Below are positions 62,466 to 64,000 of a stretch of DNA of 64,000 nt, one piece after another. The DNA is from Candidatus Zixiibacteriota bacterium (lineage in GTDB: Bacteria; Zixibacteria; MSB-5A5; GN15; FEB-12), in the NCBI GenBank assembly GCA_024278935.1, contig JAJRSF010000051.1, positions 1,963 to 65,962 on the forward strand, in the 5' to 3' direction. Position numbers and translations under genes: made by a program. The notes beneath the pieces are model-generated. The model was not told the origin of the DNA. It saw nothing but the letters and a program-made list of their open reading frames with translations, and ran no database searches. Within the stretch, counting starts at the first letter, position 1. Each line of letters begins with the position of its first letter.

Positions 62466-63221
62466 ATGAAATTATCTAGTTCAGTCACAAGAGAATTAAA
62501 GTATTATGTCTATATCTATTCTCACCCTGTTACAAAAGAAATATTTTATGTCGGCAAGGGAACGGGAAATCGCATCTTTTCACATTTGAAAGATATTAAA
62601 GAAAGTCAAAAAGTAAAATATCTAAACGATCTAAAGAAACAAGGTCTAAAGCCTAAAATTGAGATTCTAATACATGGAATTAAAGATGAAACTACAGCTT
62701 TAAGAGTTGAAGCCTCTATAATCGACCTGTTGGATGTTCATAATTTAACGAATAAACAAAGTGGTTGGAAAAGTGCCACATTCGGAAGAATGACAATTGA
62801 GCAGGTTATTTCAACTTACGAGAAAAGAAAAGTTGAAATTGTAGAGCCATCGATATTAATTAGAATTAATAAACTATTTAGATACTCAATGACTAAAACA
62901 GAATTATACGATTTTACTAGGGGGCATTGGAAATTAAATCCTGAAAGAGCCAAGTTGGCAAAGTATGCTTTTTCAATATATGAAGGTGTAATCCAAGAGG
63001 TATATATAATTCATTCTTGGTTTAAAGCAGGAACTACATTTGGTACTCAGCGTGAAAACATAGAATTTGATCAAATAACAAAAGATAGACTTACTGAAAG
63101 ATATGAATTTATTGGTAATTTTGCCGAAAAAGAAATTAGAAAAAAATACAAGTACAAATCAGTTACTCACTATTTTAAAAAAGGTAGTGCGAACCCAATT
63201 ATGTATTTCAATATTGATTAG
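62466..63221 (+). CDS. LEM-3-like GIY-YIG nuclease domain protein
   Basis: YYVYIY...IFYVGKGTGNRIFSH, ALRVEASIID, LTNKQSG. Confidence 0.78.
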   Translation: MKLSSSVTRELKYYVYIYSHPVTKEIFYVGKGTGNRIFSHLKDIKESQKVKYLNDLKKQGLKPKIEILIHGIKDETTALRVEASIIDLLDVHNLTNKQSGWKSATFGRMTIEQVISTYEKRKVEIVEPSILIRINKLFRYSMTKTELYDFTRGHWKLNPERAKLAKYAFSIYEGVIQEVYIIHSWFKAGTTFGTQRENIEFDQITKDRLTERYEFIGNFAEKEIRKKYKYKSVTHYFKKGSANPIMYFNID

Positions 63222-63250
63222 TTTATTCTATTGAAGTTACTAATGTGTGT

Positions 63251-63634
63251 TTAGTAAGAATACGAGATTGAAGTTTTATTCCAAATTATCATTGATATGA
63301 GCCCTCCTAAAGTATATACAAAGATATCAAATAAGTCATATGTCCCCTTATTCAATAAAAATGGACCAATGTATTCACATATTACGATGAATATAGTTAA
63401 CACTATAAATACTTCTAAATTTTGAGGTGACGACTTATTATCACGTAATCCTAATTTGTAACTAATAAATAATATTATAGGTGTAACGCATGGAATTAAA
63501 AAGAAATCATTGAAATAACCTGTCATAAAAGGGATGTTTAAAAGATAAGTTGTATAAGATATAAGAAATTTATTTAAACTAAAAAAGAGTATTGAAATTA
63601 AAAAAACAGGATCACCTAAGAACTTATACCTCAT
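63251..63634 (-). CDS. Small hypothetical membrane protein (about 4 TM)
   Basis: Hydrophobic segments, YFNDF and GTYDLFDIFVY motifs. Confidence 0.6.
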   Translation of the reverse strand: MRYKFLGDPVFLISILFFSLNKFLISYTTYLLNIPFMTGYFNDFFLIPCVTPIILFISYKLGLRDNKSSPQNLEVFIVLTIFIVICEYIGPFLLNKGTYDLFDIFVYTLGGLISMIIWNKTSISYSY

Positions 63635-63640
63635 TTATTA

Positions 63641-63838
63641 TCAAATTCCCAAATACATTAATATGAAAGCAAAAATAATAGCACCGACGATTAAGAAGAA
63701 TAAAGAGCATCCGCTTCTTTCACTCTTTTGCACAACGGGTTGCACAACAGGTTCCACTAATGTGTAACCGCAGTTGGGGCAAGACATTGCTTTCGTAGAG
63801 ATTTCTTTATTACATTCAGGGCAGTTTATAAGAGCCAT
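63641..63838 (-). CDS. Zinc-ribbon membrane protein
   Basis: MALINCPECNKEIS..AMSCPNCG plus C-terminal TM; GAGG RBS. Confidence 0.75.
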   Translation of the reverse strand: MALINCPECNKEISTKAMSCPNCGYTLVEPVVQPVVQKSERSGCSLFFLIVGAIIFAFILMYLGI

Positions 63839-64000
63839 ATTTTCCTCACTATATATTTCATATATTAATTGTGCTAAGTCAGTATAAGAATCAATTACTA
63901 AGTTGTCAACTATAGCTCTCCGCGGTCGTTCGATAGTATATTTTCAGGGGAATTATGAATCAAAGATTGTAACTTATTGTTATGCAATAAAAAGCTCCGG

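Overview
AT-rich bacterial chromosomal window. Dockerin-like and FlgD/T9SS-like C-terminal domains on secreted proteins suggest an FCB-group organism such as candidate division Zixibacteria (inference only). From left to right it holds: the end of a CusA/CzcA RND pump; a sigma54-controlled operon (cytochrome c, DUF3373-like outer-membrane barrel, PsrABC-type polysulfide/thiosulfate reductase, TorD chaperone, PAS-sigma54 activator); a complete pho/pst locus with a porin and 11-bp-periodic Pho boxes; an ECF sigma / soluble putative anti-sigma / TPR-CHAT caspase-like protease / two secreted S8 subtilase locus with its own repeated promoter motif (best candidate for an undescribed system); typA; a secreted M14 peptidase; a Tat-signal TldD with PmbA; mddA; a eukaryote-like carAB; an FG-GAP protein; a duplicated VOC gene; tRNA-Lys(CTT) with an att-like relic; a multi-PAS hybrid kinase; and a small island with a LEM-3-like GIY-YIG nuclease beside tRNA-3'-end relics. 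Six genes are split by single-base losses in A/T runs, most likely long-read assembly errors. Two genes carry an in-frame TAA.
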